Part shown: one piece after another, positions 1-10,771 of the stretch
Numbering within the stretch: the first letter of the stretch is position 1
How the letters are laid out: each line of letters begins with the position of its first letter
NCBI GenBank assembly: GCA_963743915.1
Contig: CAVURN010000005.1
Span: 518,296-582,295, forward strand
Reading direction: 5' to 3'
DNA length: 64,000 nt
Source of the DNA: an uncultured Actinomycetota bacterium
GTDB lineage: Bacteria; Actinomycetota; Actinomycetes; JAHEKZ01
Notes under the pieces: generated by a model
Database searches by the model: none
What the model was told of the DNA's origin: nothing
What the model saw: the letters and a program-made list of their open reading frames with translations, nothing else
Made by a program: the position numbers and the translations under genes

Positions 1-447
1 CTGACCACCGGACATCTGGTGGGGCTTGCGGTCCGCCAGCGCAGAGAGCTGCACCAGGGCGAGCGCGTCCTTCACCAGACCGTCCCGGGCCGACTTGGGA
101 ACGTCCTTGCGCCAACGGAGCCCGTACTCGACGTTCTTCTCCACCGTGAGGTGGGGGAAGAGGGCATAGCTCTGGAACACCGTGTTGACCGGGCGCTTGT
201 GCGCGGGCGTCTGCGCCACGTCGACCCCGTCGATCAGGATCTGGCCGTCGGTCGGCTGCTCGAAGCCGGCCAGCATCCGCAGCGTCGTCGTCTTGCCGCA
301 GCCAGAAGGCCCCAGCAGCGAGAAGAACTCTCCGGGCTGGATCTCGACGTCGATGCCGTCGACCGCCGTGACCTGGTCGAACTCCTTCCGGAGCCCGATG
401 ATGGAGATCGATCCGCCGCCGCTGATGCCTGTCCCTGGTCAGTCATG
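1..447 (-). CDS. ABC transporter ATP-binding subunit, PotA/spermidine-putrescine-like (runs off window; frameshift just after ATG)
   Basis: Minus-strand frame reads [45 protein letters not shown] (Walker A). The ATG at 447 is out of frame with it. Confidence 0.85.
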
Positions 448-490
448 CGCGAGAGTCTAGAACGCCCGGAATGCCCGCGGGGCGCGACTG

Positions 491-504
491 ACTGAATATT
501 CAGT
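491..504. promoter_or_regulatory. Perfect 14-bp palindrome ACTGAATATTCAGT, probable TetR operator
   Basis: AT-rich perfect palindrome between the divergent ABC and TetR genes. Confidence 0.65.
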
Positions 505-547
505 AAGAATCCCCCGACGGCACTCTGCGACCGGTAGGTTACGGACC

Positions 548-1192
548 GTGGCACGAGCAGGCGCGGCACGGACCAGCCGCCAGGAGCAGGTCGAGCAGCG
601 ACGCGCCGAGCTGCTGGAGGCGGCCCGGCAGGTCGTCCTCGAGCGGGGTCTGTCGCACACCAGGGTCGCGGACGTCGCGGCCGCGACCAAGGTCAGTGGC
701 GGGCTCATCCACTACCACTTCGCCACCAAGGACGTCCTGCTCACCGAGATGCTCCGCCACGAGGCCGAGCGCGACATCGCCAAGGCCCGCCGCCTGGCCA
801 CCGGTGGGGGTGACCCCCTGCAGCGGCTCGACCGGGTGATGCGCGAGTTCATCCCCAGCTCCCGCAACGACCAGACCTGGGTGCTCTGGATCGATGCCTG
901 GGGGGCGGGCCTGCGCGACGAGACGCTGCGCTCGATCTCCGAGGAGCTCGACGCCGCCTGGAACGAGATGCTCTTCATCGTCATCAGCGACGGTGTCGAC
1001 TCCGGCGCCTTCACCACCGACGACCCGCGAGGCGTCGCCGACCGGCTCGCTGCACTGCTCGACGGCCTCGGGCTGCGGGTCACCCTGCAGCGCCCGGGGA
1101 TCACCCGCAAGCAGATGCACGAGCATGCTCGCGTCGTGGCCGAGCTCGAGCTGGGCCTCGACCCCGGCTCCCTCGCCGCAGCCGCCGGCTGA
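548..1192 (+). CDS. TetR/BetI-type transcriptional regulator
   Basis: N-terminal HTH GLSHTRVADVAAATKVSGGLIHYHFATKD; BetI-like C-terminus. Confidence 0.92.
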   Translation: MARAGAARTSRQEQVEQRRAELLEAARQVVLERGLSHTRVADVAAATKVSGGLIHYHFATKDVLLTEMLRHEAERDIAKARRLATGGGDPLQRLDRVMREFIPSSRNDQTWVLWIDAWGAGLRDETLRSISEELDAAWNEMLFIVISDGVDSGAFTTDDPRGVADRLAALLDGLGLRVTLQRPGITRKQMHEHARVVAELELGLDPGSLAAAAG

Positions 1193-1207
1193 CGTCAGGC
1201 GCCTGCT

Positions 1208-2179
1208 GTGTTCGCCGCTTTCGCCACCTCCTTCGACGAGGCGGATCCCCTCGAGGGCCTCACGCTCGGCGAGCGGCCCGAGCCGACACCCCCTGATGAC
1301 ACGTGGACCACCGTCAGCGTCCGCGCCACGGCACTCAACCACCACGACCTCTGGTCGCTGAAGGGCGTCGGCCTGCGAGCCGAGCAGCTGCCGATGATCC
1401 TCGGGACGGACGCCGCGGGCGTCGACGAGGACGGCAACGACGTCGTCGTGCACGCGGTGATCGGCGACCCTGCCAGAGGCGGTGGCGACGAGACGTTCGA
1501 CCCCAAGCGGTCCCTGCTGTCCGAGGTGCACGACGGCACGCTCGCCGAGCGGGTCTGCGTGCCTCGCCGGAACCTCGTCCCGAAGCCGGCAGGTCTCTCG
1601 TTCGAGCAGGCGTCCTGCCTTCCGACTGCCTGGCTCACCGCCTACCGGATGCTCACCACCCGCGGACAGCTGCGCTCCGGCGAGACGGTGCTGGTCCAGG
1701 GTGCCGGTGGCGGGGTCTCCACCGCCCTCGTGCCGCTCGCCAAGGCGATGGGGCTGCGGGTGTGGGTCTCCGGCAGGGACGCCGCCAAGCGCGATCAGGC
1801 GCTGGCCCTGGGCGCCGATGACGCGTTCGAGTCCGGCGCCCGGCTGCCCGAGCGGGTCGATGCCGTCATGGAGTCGGTGGGCGCCGCAACCTGGAGCCAC
1901 TCGTTGAAGTCCCTGCGTCCTGGCGGTCGGGTCGTGGTGTGTGGCGCGACGTCCGGCCCGAATCCGCCGGCGGATCTGGCCCGGGTGTTCTTCCTGCAGC
2001 TGTCGGTCATCGGCTCGACCATGGGCACGCGGGACGAGCTCGAGCAGCTGCTCACCTTCTGCGCCGACCACTCGCTCGCTCCGCTGGTCGACCACATCTA
2101 CCCGCTTGCAGAGGCGGACGCCGCGCTGGCACGCCTGGCGTCCGGAGAGACCTTCGGCAAGATCGTCGTCACCGTCTGA
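1208..2179 (+). CDS. Zinc-binding/NADPH quinone oxidoreductase (MDR family)
   Basis: ALNHHDLW, ILGTDAAG, VLVQGAGGGVS, IGSTMG motifs. Confidence 0.9.
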   Translation: MFAAFATSFDEADPLEGLTLGERPEPTPPDDTWTTVSVRATALNHHDLWSLKGVGLRAEQLPMILGTDAAGVDEDGNDVVVHAVIGDPARGGGDETFDPKRSLLSEVHDGTLAERVCVPRRNLVPKPAGLSFEQASCLPTAWLTAYRMLTTRGQLRSGETVLVQGAGGGVSTALVPLAKAMGLRVWVSGRDAAKRDQALALGADDAFESGARLPERVDAVMESVGAATWSHSLKSLRPGGRVVVCGATSGPNPPADLARVFFLQLSVIGSTMGTRDELEQLLTFCADHSLAPLVDHIYPLAEADAALARLASGETFGKIVVTV

Positions 2180-2190
2180 CGCGGTGGCGG

Positions 2191-3366
2191 TCAGTTCAGG
2201 TGGTGGCGGATGTGGTGCCGCGCCTGGCGGTAGGTGATCGTCTCGTAGGCGATCAGCGCGACCAGCAGGGTCACCAGCATCGTCAGTGACACGTAGGCGG
2301 GTACGGCGACACCGATCGGGATCGCCACCACCAGCAGCACCGCGACCACCGTGCGCTGGACGTTCAGTGTCCGCATGTTTCGCAACCGGAAGAGAACATG
2401 GCCGACGAGGTACAGGGCGACCCCGCCGAACAACGCGAAGGAGGGGATCAAGGAGAGCGGGTCGGAGACATCGAGGAGCGCCTTCTTGAGCCCGAGGGCC
2501 AGGAACACGATCCCGAGGATCATCAGTGCGTGCACGTAGCTGTAGGAGTCACGTGCCAGCGCGTTGCGCGCAGCTCCCGTCACGCTCCGGAGCCGATGCT
2601 CGGCGGCCGGGGCCGCGACGTCGAAGTACAGCCACCACAGCGCCGCGACGACCACGATGCCGATGATGGCTGCGGTGACCACAGGAGCGGTCAGCGGCTC
2701 CTCCGCGGCGGACAGACCCAGCGCGACCACGGACTCCCCCAGCGCGATGATGATGATCAGTCCGTGTCGCTCGGCGAAGTGCGCCGGTCTCACCTCCCAC
2801 CCCTCGGTGCCTGACACGAGGGGTGCTCCCAGAGTCACGACGAGCGCGACGCCCCACAGCACGGCCCGCGCAGGGCCCTCGTCGAGGAATCCTGCGACGG
2901 CGACGAGCACCGGAGCCGCGAGCACCCCCGGTGCCAGAAGCAGGACGGCCCGGTTCATCTCAGGTCGGTCCCGAGTGGCGACGGCGTACAGCAGGATGAA
3001 CAGGCCCGTGACGGCCAGGTACGAGAACCCGAACAGCACGCCGTCGTTGTCGAACGCGTGCGGGATGGCCAGACCCATCACCAGGCCGGCTGCCATGGCA
3101 GCGAACACCACGATCCGCGCGCGCACATCCTCGTCCACGGGCACCGAGTTGGTCAGCCAGGAGTAGCCGACCCAGGCCCACCAGACGACCAGCAGCAGCG
3201 TGGTTCCTCGAAGCATGCCGGTCCACGTCAGGTCGTACGCGAGCAGTGCGGTGACCTGGGTGAAGGCGAACACGAAGACCAAGTCGAAGAAGAGCTCCAG
3301 CGGGGTGACGCTGTACTCCTCGTCGGACGGCGGCTCGTGGGTGTGGTCGTCGGACACAGCGGACAT
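2191..3366 (-). CDS. Low temperature requirement protein A (LtrA) family membrane protein
   Basis: VTPLELFFDLVFVFA and HFAERHGLIIIIALGESV signatures; multiple TM helices. Confidence 0.9.
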   Translation of the reverse strand: MSAVSDDHTHEPPSDEEYSVTPLELFFDLVFVFAFTQVTALLAYDLTWTGMLRGTTLLLVVWWAWVGYSWLTNSVPVDEDVRARIVVFAAMAAGLVMGLAIPHAFDNDGVLFGFSYLAVTGLFILLYAVATRDRPEMNRAVLLLAPGVLAAPVLVAVAGFLDEGPARAVLWGVALVVTLGAPLVSGTEGWEVRPAHFAERHGLIIIIALGESVVALGLSAAEEPLTAPVVTAAIIGIVVVAALWWLYFDVAAPAAEHRLRSVTGAARNALARDSYSYVHALMILGIVFLALGLKKALLDVSDPLSLIPSFALFGGVALYLVGHVLFRLRNMRTLNVQRTVVAVLLVVAIPIGVAVPAYVSLTMLVTLLVALIAYETITYRQARHHIRHHLN

Positions 3367-3398
3367 TGTGCTGCACCACCGCTCGCTACGCTTCCGCG

Positions 3399-3806
3399 AT
3401 GAGCAACCAACGCACCCCGGACGGCGAGAGCGCCGCCCCACTGGACGCCGCACTGGGCCTCACGCGAGCTGCCGACGATGGGGACGCCGCCGTGCTTCGC
3501 CTCGACCCCGCCCCGGTGGCAGTGGGTGCCACCGACCCGGTCACCTACCTGCACGGAGGCGCGCTCGCCACCTGCATCGACACGGCAGCCTGGGAGGCGG
3601 TCGTCCGCGTGAGCGACGACGCATGGGTGGTCGCCGACATGCGGATCGACTTCGTTCGGCTGGCGCGCCACGAGGTCCACCGCGTCCGGGCGACGGCCCG
3701 CAAGATCGGGCGCGCACAGGCGGTGGCTGACGTCGAGATCAGCGCCTGGGACGACCCGACGCGCCTCGTGGCTCTGGGCCGCGTCCTGCTGGCCAAGGTG
3801 GGCTAG
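3399..3806 (+). CDS. PaaI family thioesterase (hotdog fold)
   Basis: YLHGGALATCIDTA motif. Confidence 0.85.
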   Translation: MSNQRTPDGESAAPLDAALGLTRAADDGDAAVLRLDPAPVAVGATDPVTYLHGGALATCIDTAAWEAVVRVSDDAWVVADMRIDFVRLARHEVHRVRATARKIGRAQAVADVEISAWDDPTRLVALGRVLLAKVG

Positions 3807-4604
3807 ATGACCCAAGAGCGCTACACCCATGGACACCACGAGAGCGTGCTGCGGTCACACTCCTGGCGCACGATCGCCAACTCCGCCGCCTACCTCGAGC
3901 CCTGGCTGCGTCCTGGGCTGCGCATCCTCGATGTCGGCTGCGGCCCCGGCACCATCACTGCAGAGCTCGCCGATCGGGTCGGCCAGGACGGCAACGTGGT
4001 GGGCATCGACGCCTCGCCAGGAGTGATCGCCCGAGCGTCCGCGACGATGTCACGTGACAATGTCACTTACACCGTGGGCGACGTCTACGCGCTGGACGCT
4101 GACGACGACAGCTTCGACGTGGTGCACGCCCATCAAGTGCTGCAGCACCTGGCTGATCCGGTCTCGGCCCTCGTCGAGATGCGACGCGTGTGCCGCCCAG
4201 GTGGAGTGGTTGCCGCCCGGGACAGCGACTACCCGACGATGGCCTGGCACCCGTATCCCCCTGAGCTCTCAGAGTGGCTCGCCCTCTACACGTCGATCAC
4301 GCGCGTGAACGGTGGCAACCCCGATGCCGGGCGTCTGCTGCTGTCGTGGGCTCAACAGGCCGGCTTCACCGACATCACCCCATCCGCAAGCGCGTGGTGC
4401 TTCGCGACGCCGGGTGAGCGCGAGTGGTGGGCAGGGCTGTGGGCCGATCGCGTCGTCCAGTCTTCGCTTGCCGATCAGGCGGTGAGTGGAGGGTTTGCCA
4501 CGCGTGCCGACCTCGATCGGATCGCGGGCGCGTGGCGGCAATGGGCGGCTCACGAGGACGCTTGGTTCGCGATGCTCCACGGAGAGATCCTGGCTGTGGC
4601 ATGA
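3807..4604 (+). CDS. SAM-dependent methyltransferase (UbiE-like)
   Basis: ILDVGCGPGTIT motif I; FDVVHAHQVLQH. Confidence 0.9.
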   Translation: MTQERYTHGHHESVLRSHSWRTIANSAAYLEPWLRPGLRILDVGCGPGTITAELADRVGQDGNVVGIDASPGVIARASATMSRDNVTYTVGDVYALDADDDSFDVVHAHQVLQHLADPVSALVEMRRVCRPGGVVAARDSDYPTMAWHPYPPELSEWLALYTSITRVNGGNPDAGRLLLSWAQQAGFTDITPSASAWCFATPGEREWWAGLWADRVVQSSLADQAVSGGFATRADLDRIAGAWRQWAAHEDAWFAMLHGEILAVA

Positions 4605-5698
4605 GTACCACCGGCGGGTCGGCGCCAGACGCTGTCACCGTGACGCCGGAGTGGGTGCTGCACGTCGACCTCGACCAGTTCATCGCGGCGGTGGAGATCC
4701 GCCGGGACCCGTCGCTGCGCGGCCGACCGGTGGTCGTCGGGGGCGACGGGGACCCGACCCGCCGTCGACAGGTGGTGGCGACCGCGTCGTACGAGGCTCG
4801 CGCCTTCGGCGTCCGCTCGGGCATGCCGCTGTCGACCGCCGCCCGCCGTTGCCCGGACGCCGTGTTCCTGCCCAGCGACCACGAGGCCTACGACGCGGCG
4901 TCGGAGGAGGTGTGGACGGTCGTCCGCGAGCTCCCCGTGGTCACCGAGGTGTGGGGCTGGGACGAGGGCTTCGTCGGCGCCGACGTCGACAACCCAGAGG
5001 AACTGGCCCACCGGATCCGTCGCACGGTCGCCGAGCGGACGGGGCTCACGTGCTGCGTCGGGATCGGCGACAACAAGCTCCGCGCGAAGATCGCCACCGG
5101 GTTCGCCAAGGCTCCGAAGGGTGCGTTGCCAGCGGATGCACCAGGCGTCTTCCGGCTGACCAAGGAGAACTGGCTCGAGATCATGGGCGACCGTCCCACC
5201 GACGCGCTGTGGGGGATCGGCGCCAGGACCAGCGAGAAGCTCGCAGACCTGGGGATCTCGACCGTCCGTGAGCTCGGGGCGGCCGACCTGGACGCGATGC
5301 GGGCTCGTTTCGGGCCGAAGACCGGCCCGTGGCTGGTCTCGCTGGGGCGCGGCCTCGGCGACCGCACGGTGACGAACGCCCCGTGGGTGCCCCGTGGCCG
5401 CAGCCGCGAAACCACCTACGAGCACGACGTTGTCGAGCGCACGGACCTCGAGGACAAGCTGCGGCAGCTCGCGGCCGGCGTCGTAGCCGACGTCTCACCG
5501 ACCGGACGCGCCATCACCCACGTCGGCATCAAGGTGCGGTTCGTGCCGTTCTTCACCACGACGCGCGTGCACAAGCTGCCTTCCCCGACGCTGGATGCTG
5601 CCGTCGTGGCCGACAATGCGGTCGCGCTGCTCGATCGGCTGGAGCTCGGGCGTCCGATCCGGCTCCTCGGCGTCCGCGTCGAGCTGACTGACCCTTGA
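4601..5698 (+). CDS. dinB: Y-family DNA polymerase IV (DinB2-like)
   Basis: LHVDLDQFIAAVE, ATASYEARAFGVRSGMP, WDEGF, LWGIG, RLLGV motifs. Confidence 0.93.
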   Translation: MSTTGGSAPDAVTVTPEWVLHVDLDQFIAAVEIRRDPSLRGRPVVVGGDGDPTRRRQVVATASYEARAFGVRSGMPLSTAARRCPDAVFLPSDHEAYDAASEEVWTVVRELPVVTEVWGWDEGFVGADVDNPEELAHRIRRTVAERTGLTCCVGIGDNKLRAKIATGFAKAPKGALPADAPGVFRLTKENWLEIMGDRPTDALWGIGARTSEKLADLGISTVRELGAADLDAMRARFGPKTGPWLVSLGRGLGDRTVTNAPWVPRGRSRETTYEHDVVERTDLEDKLRQLAAGVVADVSPTGRAITHVGIKVRFVPFFTTTRVHKLPSPTLDAAVVADNAVALLDRLELGRPIRLLGVRVELTDP

Positions 5699-5750
5699 GG
5701 GGCTCCGTGGTCCGGCGTGGCACGGGCGGTTGGCTGCGTGCGGCTGGGTT

Positions 5751-5795
5751 TGGGTGCAGGAAGTGCTGCCATGGCGACACTTTCTGCTCCCAGTT
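5751..5795. repeat. Hairpin family A, copy 1 (downstream of DUF559-type gene)
   Basis: TGGGTGCAGGAAGTG...CACTTTCTGCTCCCA imperfect inverted repeat; near copy of 6796-6841. Confidence 0.85.
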
Positions 5796-5804
5796 CGCGA
5801 GGGA

Positions 5805-6695
5805 TCAGGCTGCCCGGGGCGTCCTGGTCGCGAAGAAGCGCGCAAGGACTTCCGCCACCCGCTCCCGCTGGTGGCGGAGTGCGAAGCCGGCGAACCGTAG
5901 CAACGCCTTCCGCTCGTGCACGACGAGTTCGTTGTTGCGCATCATGTCCTCCCACCACGCCAGTGCCTCCATGTGCTGCATGCCATCGATCTCGACGACG
6001 AGCCCGAACTCCTCGAACTCGATGTCGAGATAGCGCCAGCGGCCGGCGGCGTCTCGACGCCGCTGCTGCCTCGTGGGAGTTGGGAACCCGTAGTCGCGAC
6101 ATAGCCTCAGGAAGAGGACCTCATACTCGCTCAGTGACCCGCCGCTGACGTCCTCGATGGTTTCCACAATCAGCGCACGACGTCGGAGCGAAGGCATCCG
6201 CGCTACCACCTCGCCCAGCGAATGCCCCGTCACCAGGCCTTGCTGGACGCCACAGGCCAGGATCGCCTGACAGCGCAGGCTGGTGGTCGCCAACGACGCA
6301 GCGTCGACCAAGGATCTCGGCAGTCGCGTCCGCCGGGGCCGGCGCACCGGGTGAATGTCAATGTCCGTCAGAGTCCGACTTCGCGTCACTGAGACATCGA
6401 TGCGCGGGCGAATGCGGACGTCGTGCGGTACGCAGATGAAGACGGTAGTCGTGGCGAAACCCTGAAGGCCGTCGAGCGATGCCGCCGTGAGACCGGCGAG
6501 CACAGCGGACCGGTGCTGGATCAGCAGCTCGCTGGTCAGTCGCTCGTCGCGCGTCAGCGACCCGGAGTGGAGCACCACGACACCCTTGGCCGGCCGCTGC
6601 CAACGCCCCGACTGCACCATCCACCGCACATGGTGACGCCCGTAGCGGGCAAAGGCTTCGTGCGACCGGAGAACTGTTGCGTGCTGTTGAGCCAT
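5805..6695 (-). CDS. AbiEi-like / DUF559 (Vsr-like PD-(D/E)xK) endonuclease-domain protein
   Basis: SGRWQRPAKGVV, AVLAGLTAA, TRLPRSLVDAA, SLSEYE, YLDIEF...VVEIDGMQH...EDMMRNN; no adjacent AbiEii toxin. Confidence 0.8.
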   Translation of the reverse strand: MAQQHATVLRSHEAFARYGRHHVRWMVQSGRWQRPAKGVVVLHSGSLTRDERLTSELLIQHRSAVLAGLTAASLDGLQGFATTTVFICVPHDVRIRPRIDVSVTRSRTLTDIDIHPVRRPRRTRLPRSLVDAASLATTSLRCQAILACGVQQGLVTGHSLGEVVARMPSLRRRALIVETIEDVSGGSLSEYEVLFLRLCRDYGFPTPTRQQRRRDAAGRWRYLDIEFEEFGLVVEIDGMQHMEALAWWEDMMRNNELVVHERKALLRFAGFALRHQRERVAEVLARFFATRTPRAA

Positions 6696-6795
6696 CGGAC
6701 GACCATGACCAGTTCGAGCGGTCTGCGGGTGTGGGATCGCCTCCCTGTGGATGCACCGACCTCGACCTCGATGTGAATGGAGGGCATCCGAGGTG

Positions 6796-6841
6796 CTGGG
6801 TGCACGAAGTGCTGCTCTGGCAGCACTTCGTGCACCCAGTT
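6796..6841. repeat. Hairpin family A, copy 2 (upstream of DUF559-type gene)
   Basis: Perfect 20-bp arms CTGGGTGCACGAAGTGCTGC-tctg-GCAGCACTTCGTGCACCCAG. Confidence 0.9.
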
Positions 6842-6856
6842 GCGGTCGCTGCACGT

Positions 6857-6890
6857 CGAAGGCCCGCATCCCTGGGGATGCGGGCCTTCG
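6857..6890 (-). terminator. Stem-loop downstream of groEL
   Basis: CGAAGGCCCGCATCCC-tg-GGGATGCGGGCCTTCG, 25 bp after the groEL stop. Confidence 0.75.
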
Positions 6891-6914
6891 TGCCGTGCTG
6901 TGGTGAAGCGTGGA

Positions 6915-8645
<1,731 letters not shown>

Positions 8646-8664
8646 TCACCCAGTGCCTGTGGTC

Positions 8665-8691
8665 TTGTCACTCCCCGAGGGAGAGTGCTAA
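8665..8691. promoter_or_regulatory. CIRCE element 1 (HrcA operator)
   Basis: TTGTCACTC-N9-GAGTGCTAA. Confidence 0.9.
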
Positions 8692-8699
8692 CCCATTTC

Positions 8700-8726
8700 T
8701 TAGCACTCTCGGGGGGAGAGTGCAAA
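8700..8726. promoter_or_regulatory. CIRCE element 2 (HrcA operator)
   Basis: TTAGCACTC-N9-GAGTGCAAA. Confidence 0.92.
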
Positions 8727-8770
8727 CGGTTGTCCGGTTTCGCCGGCGGCCACGGGGGTAGCCGAGTTCC

Positions 8771-9175
8771 ATGACCACGACCACCGAGATCATCCGTAGC
8801 CACCCGTCCGAGCCGCGTGCCGACCAAGGAGCGCTGACCGCGGCGGTCAATGCCCTGATGGAGTGCGCCCAGGCGTGCGCGTCGTGCGCCGACGCCTGCC
8901 TGGCCGAGCCCGGGGTCGAGTCGCTGCGCTCCTGCATCCGCGCGAACCTGGATTGCGCGGACATCTGCCAGGCAGCTGTCGGCGTCCTGTCCCGGCAGAT
9001 GGAGATCGGGGTGGCCGCCGAGCTGCTGCTGGCCTGCCGCACCGCTTGCCGGGTGTGCGCCGACGAGTGCGACCTGCACGGCCAGATGCACGAGCACTGC
9101 CGCATCTGTGCCGAGGCGTGCCGACGCTGCGAGGACGCCTGCGAGACCCTGCTGTCGTCCCTGCAGGTTCCCTGA
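8771..9175 (+). CDS. Four-helix-bundle copper storage protein (Csp3/DUF326-like)
   Basis: 16 Cys in CxxxCxxCxxxC arrays; HEHCRICAEACRRC. Confidence 0.88.
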   Translation: MTTTTEIIRSHPSEPRADQGALTAAVNALMECAQACASCADACLAEPGVESLRSCIRANLDCADICQAAVGVLSRQMEIGVAAELLLACRTACRVCADECDLHGQMHEHCRICAEACRRCEDACETLLSSLQVP

Positions 9176-9192
9176 CCGTCCGGCTGGACCCA

Positions 9193-9260
9193 GTTTTCTA
9201 CGTCAGGGCGCCACGATTACCCGTCCCGTGGCGTGACCATGGCGCTCTGGCGTAGAAAAC
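9193..9260. repeat. Hairpin family D, copy 1
   Basis: GTTTTCTACGTCAGGGCGCCA...TGGCGCTCTGGCGTAGAAAAC; direct copy at ~10696-10758. Confidence 0.85.
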
Positions 9261-9267
9261 GAGTGGC

Positions 9268-10683
9268 TCAGGGAGTCGGCGCCACCAGCGGCCAGGGGCG
9301 GGCCTGCTCGAGGGCCAGACCCACCGCGAACGCCGTCGCGTCGTCGTAGCCAGCCGCCACGACCTGCACGCCGATCGGCACCCCGGACGCCGCCCGCCCG
9401 GCCGGGAGGGCGAGCACCGGGCAGCGGTTGGCGATGTTGAACGCCTCCGACAGGTGGATGTCGTGGAAGGAGTCCCGCTCGATCCCGTCGACCACCAGCG
9501 GCTGCTCGCTGTGGTCGACGCCGGCGGCCAGCGCCGGGACCGCCATGACGGGGCAGAGCAGCGCGTCGTGCTCGGCGAGCACCCGGTCGACCCGCTCGGA
9601 CACGACCGCCTCCGCCTCGCGGGCAGCGAAGAACGAGGTGTCGGTCCGGTCCGCGGCGAGCTCGGCCAGCCAGTTCCTCGTGTAGGCGTTGAGCTCGTCC
9701 TCGCGGCCGGCGACGAGCACCTCGCAGCTGGCGGCGAACAGGTTCCCGTTGTGACCGTTGGACGCCTGACGCACCAGCTCGCGCTCGATCGTCAGGTCGA
9801 CGGGCGTGACGATCGCGCCCTGCTCCTCCAGGGCGCGGGCGGCGTCCGAGACCGCGGCCCGCACCTCGTCGGTCACCGGCCAGTCCCCGAGGTCGAGCGA
9901 GAGCGCGATGCGCGTCCCGCGGACGTCCGGCGTCACCTCGACCAACCGTGTCTGCTCGCGCAGCGAGAAGTGGTCGCGGACGTGGCGGCCGCTCGCGACG
10001 TCGACCATCAGGGCCGCGTCCGCCACGGTGCGCGTCAGCGGCCCCACCCCTGACCAGTCGTCCCGCCCCCATGCGCCGGCCACGGGGATGCGACCGGACG
10101 GAGGCAGGTAGCCCACGACGCCGCAGCAGGACGCCGGCACCCGGATCGAGCCGCCGATGTCCGAGCCGGTGGCCCACGGCGTCATGCCGGACGCCACCGC
10201 GGCCGCCGAGCCGCCACTCGAGCCGCCGACGTCGAAGGCGGGGTTCCACGGGTTTCGCGTGACGCCCCACATGCGGCTGTGCGTCCAGAACGGGATGGAG
10301 AACTCGGGGGTGAGCCCACGGCCGTGGATGACCGACCCGGCCTCGACGAGTCGCTCGACGATGGGGTCGGACTCCTCCGACACGTAGTCGGCCCACAGCA
10401 GCGAGCCGTTGGTGGTGCGGCGTCCGGCGATCTCGGTCTCGTCCTTGACGACGACCGGCAGGCCGTCGAGCCGACCGGAGGGCTCACCCCGGGCGTAGCG
10501 GTCGGCAGCTGTCCTGGCCTGCGCCAGCGCGTCCTCACGGTACTGGTCGCCGAGCGCGTTGATCTCAGGCTGGACGCTGTCGATGCGCGCGCACAGCGCT
10601 TGGAGGTACTCGACCGGGGACAGTCGCCGCTCACGGAACTCGCGCAGCACGTCGCGCACCGACCAGTCGACCAGCTCGACCAC
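9268..10683 (-). CDS. Amidase signature family protein (start uncertain, 10683 or 10701)
   Basis: GLPVVVKD, GGSSGGSAAAVA, GSDIGGSIRVPAS (Lys-Ser-Ser triad). Confidence 0.93.
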   Translation of the reverse strand: MVELVDWSVRDVLREFRERRLSPVEYLQALCARIDSVQPEINALGDQYREDALAQARTAADRYARGEPSGRLDGLPVVVKDETEIAGRRTTNGSLLWADYVSEESDPIVERLVEAGSVIHGRGLTPEFSIPFWTHSRMWGVTRNPWNPAFDVGGSSGGSAAAVASGMTPWATGSDIGGSIRVPASCCGVVGYLPPSGRIPVAGAWGRDDWSGVGPLTRTVADAALMVDVASGRHVRDHFSLREQTRLVEVTPDVRGTRIALSLDLGDWPVTDEVRAAVSDAARALEEQGAIVTPVDLTIERELVRQASNGHNGNLFAASCEVLVAGREDELNAYTRNWLAELAADRTDTSFFAAREAEAVVSERVDRVLAEHDALLCPVMAVPALAAGVDHSEQPLVVDGIERDSFHDIHLSEAFNIANRCPVLALPAGRAASGVPIGVQVVAAGYDDATAFAVGLALEQARPWPLVAPTP

Positions 10684-10695
10684 CGCGACCTCCGA

Positions 10696-10758
10696 TTCCA
10701 ACGCCAGGGCGCCATGATGCCCCGTCCTGCGGCGTGACCATGGCGGTCTGGCGTAGAA
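10696..10758. repeat. Hairpin family D, copy 2
   Basis: ACGCCAGGGCGCCATG...GGCGTGACCATGGCGGTCTGGCGTAGAA, same orientation as copy 1. Confidence 0.8.
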
Positions 10759-10771
10759 GAGTGGGTCGGGA

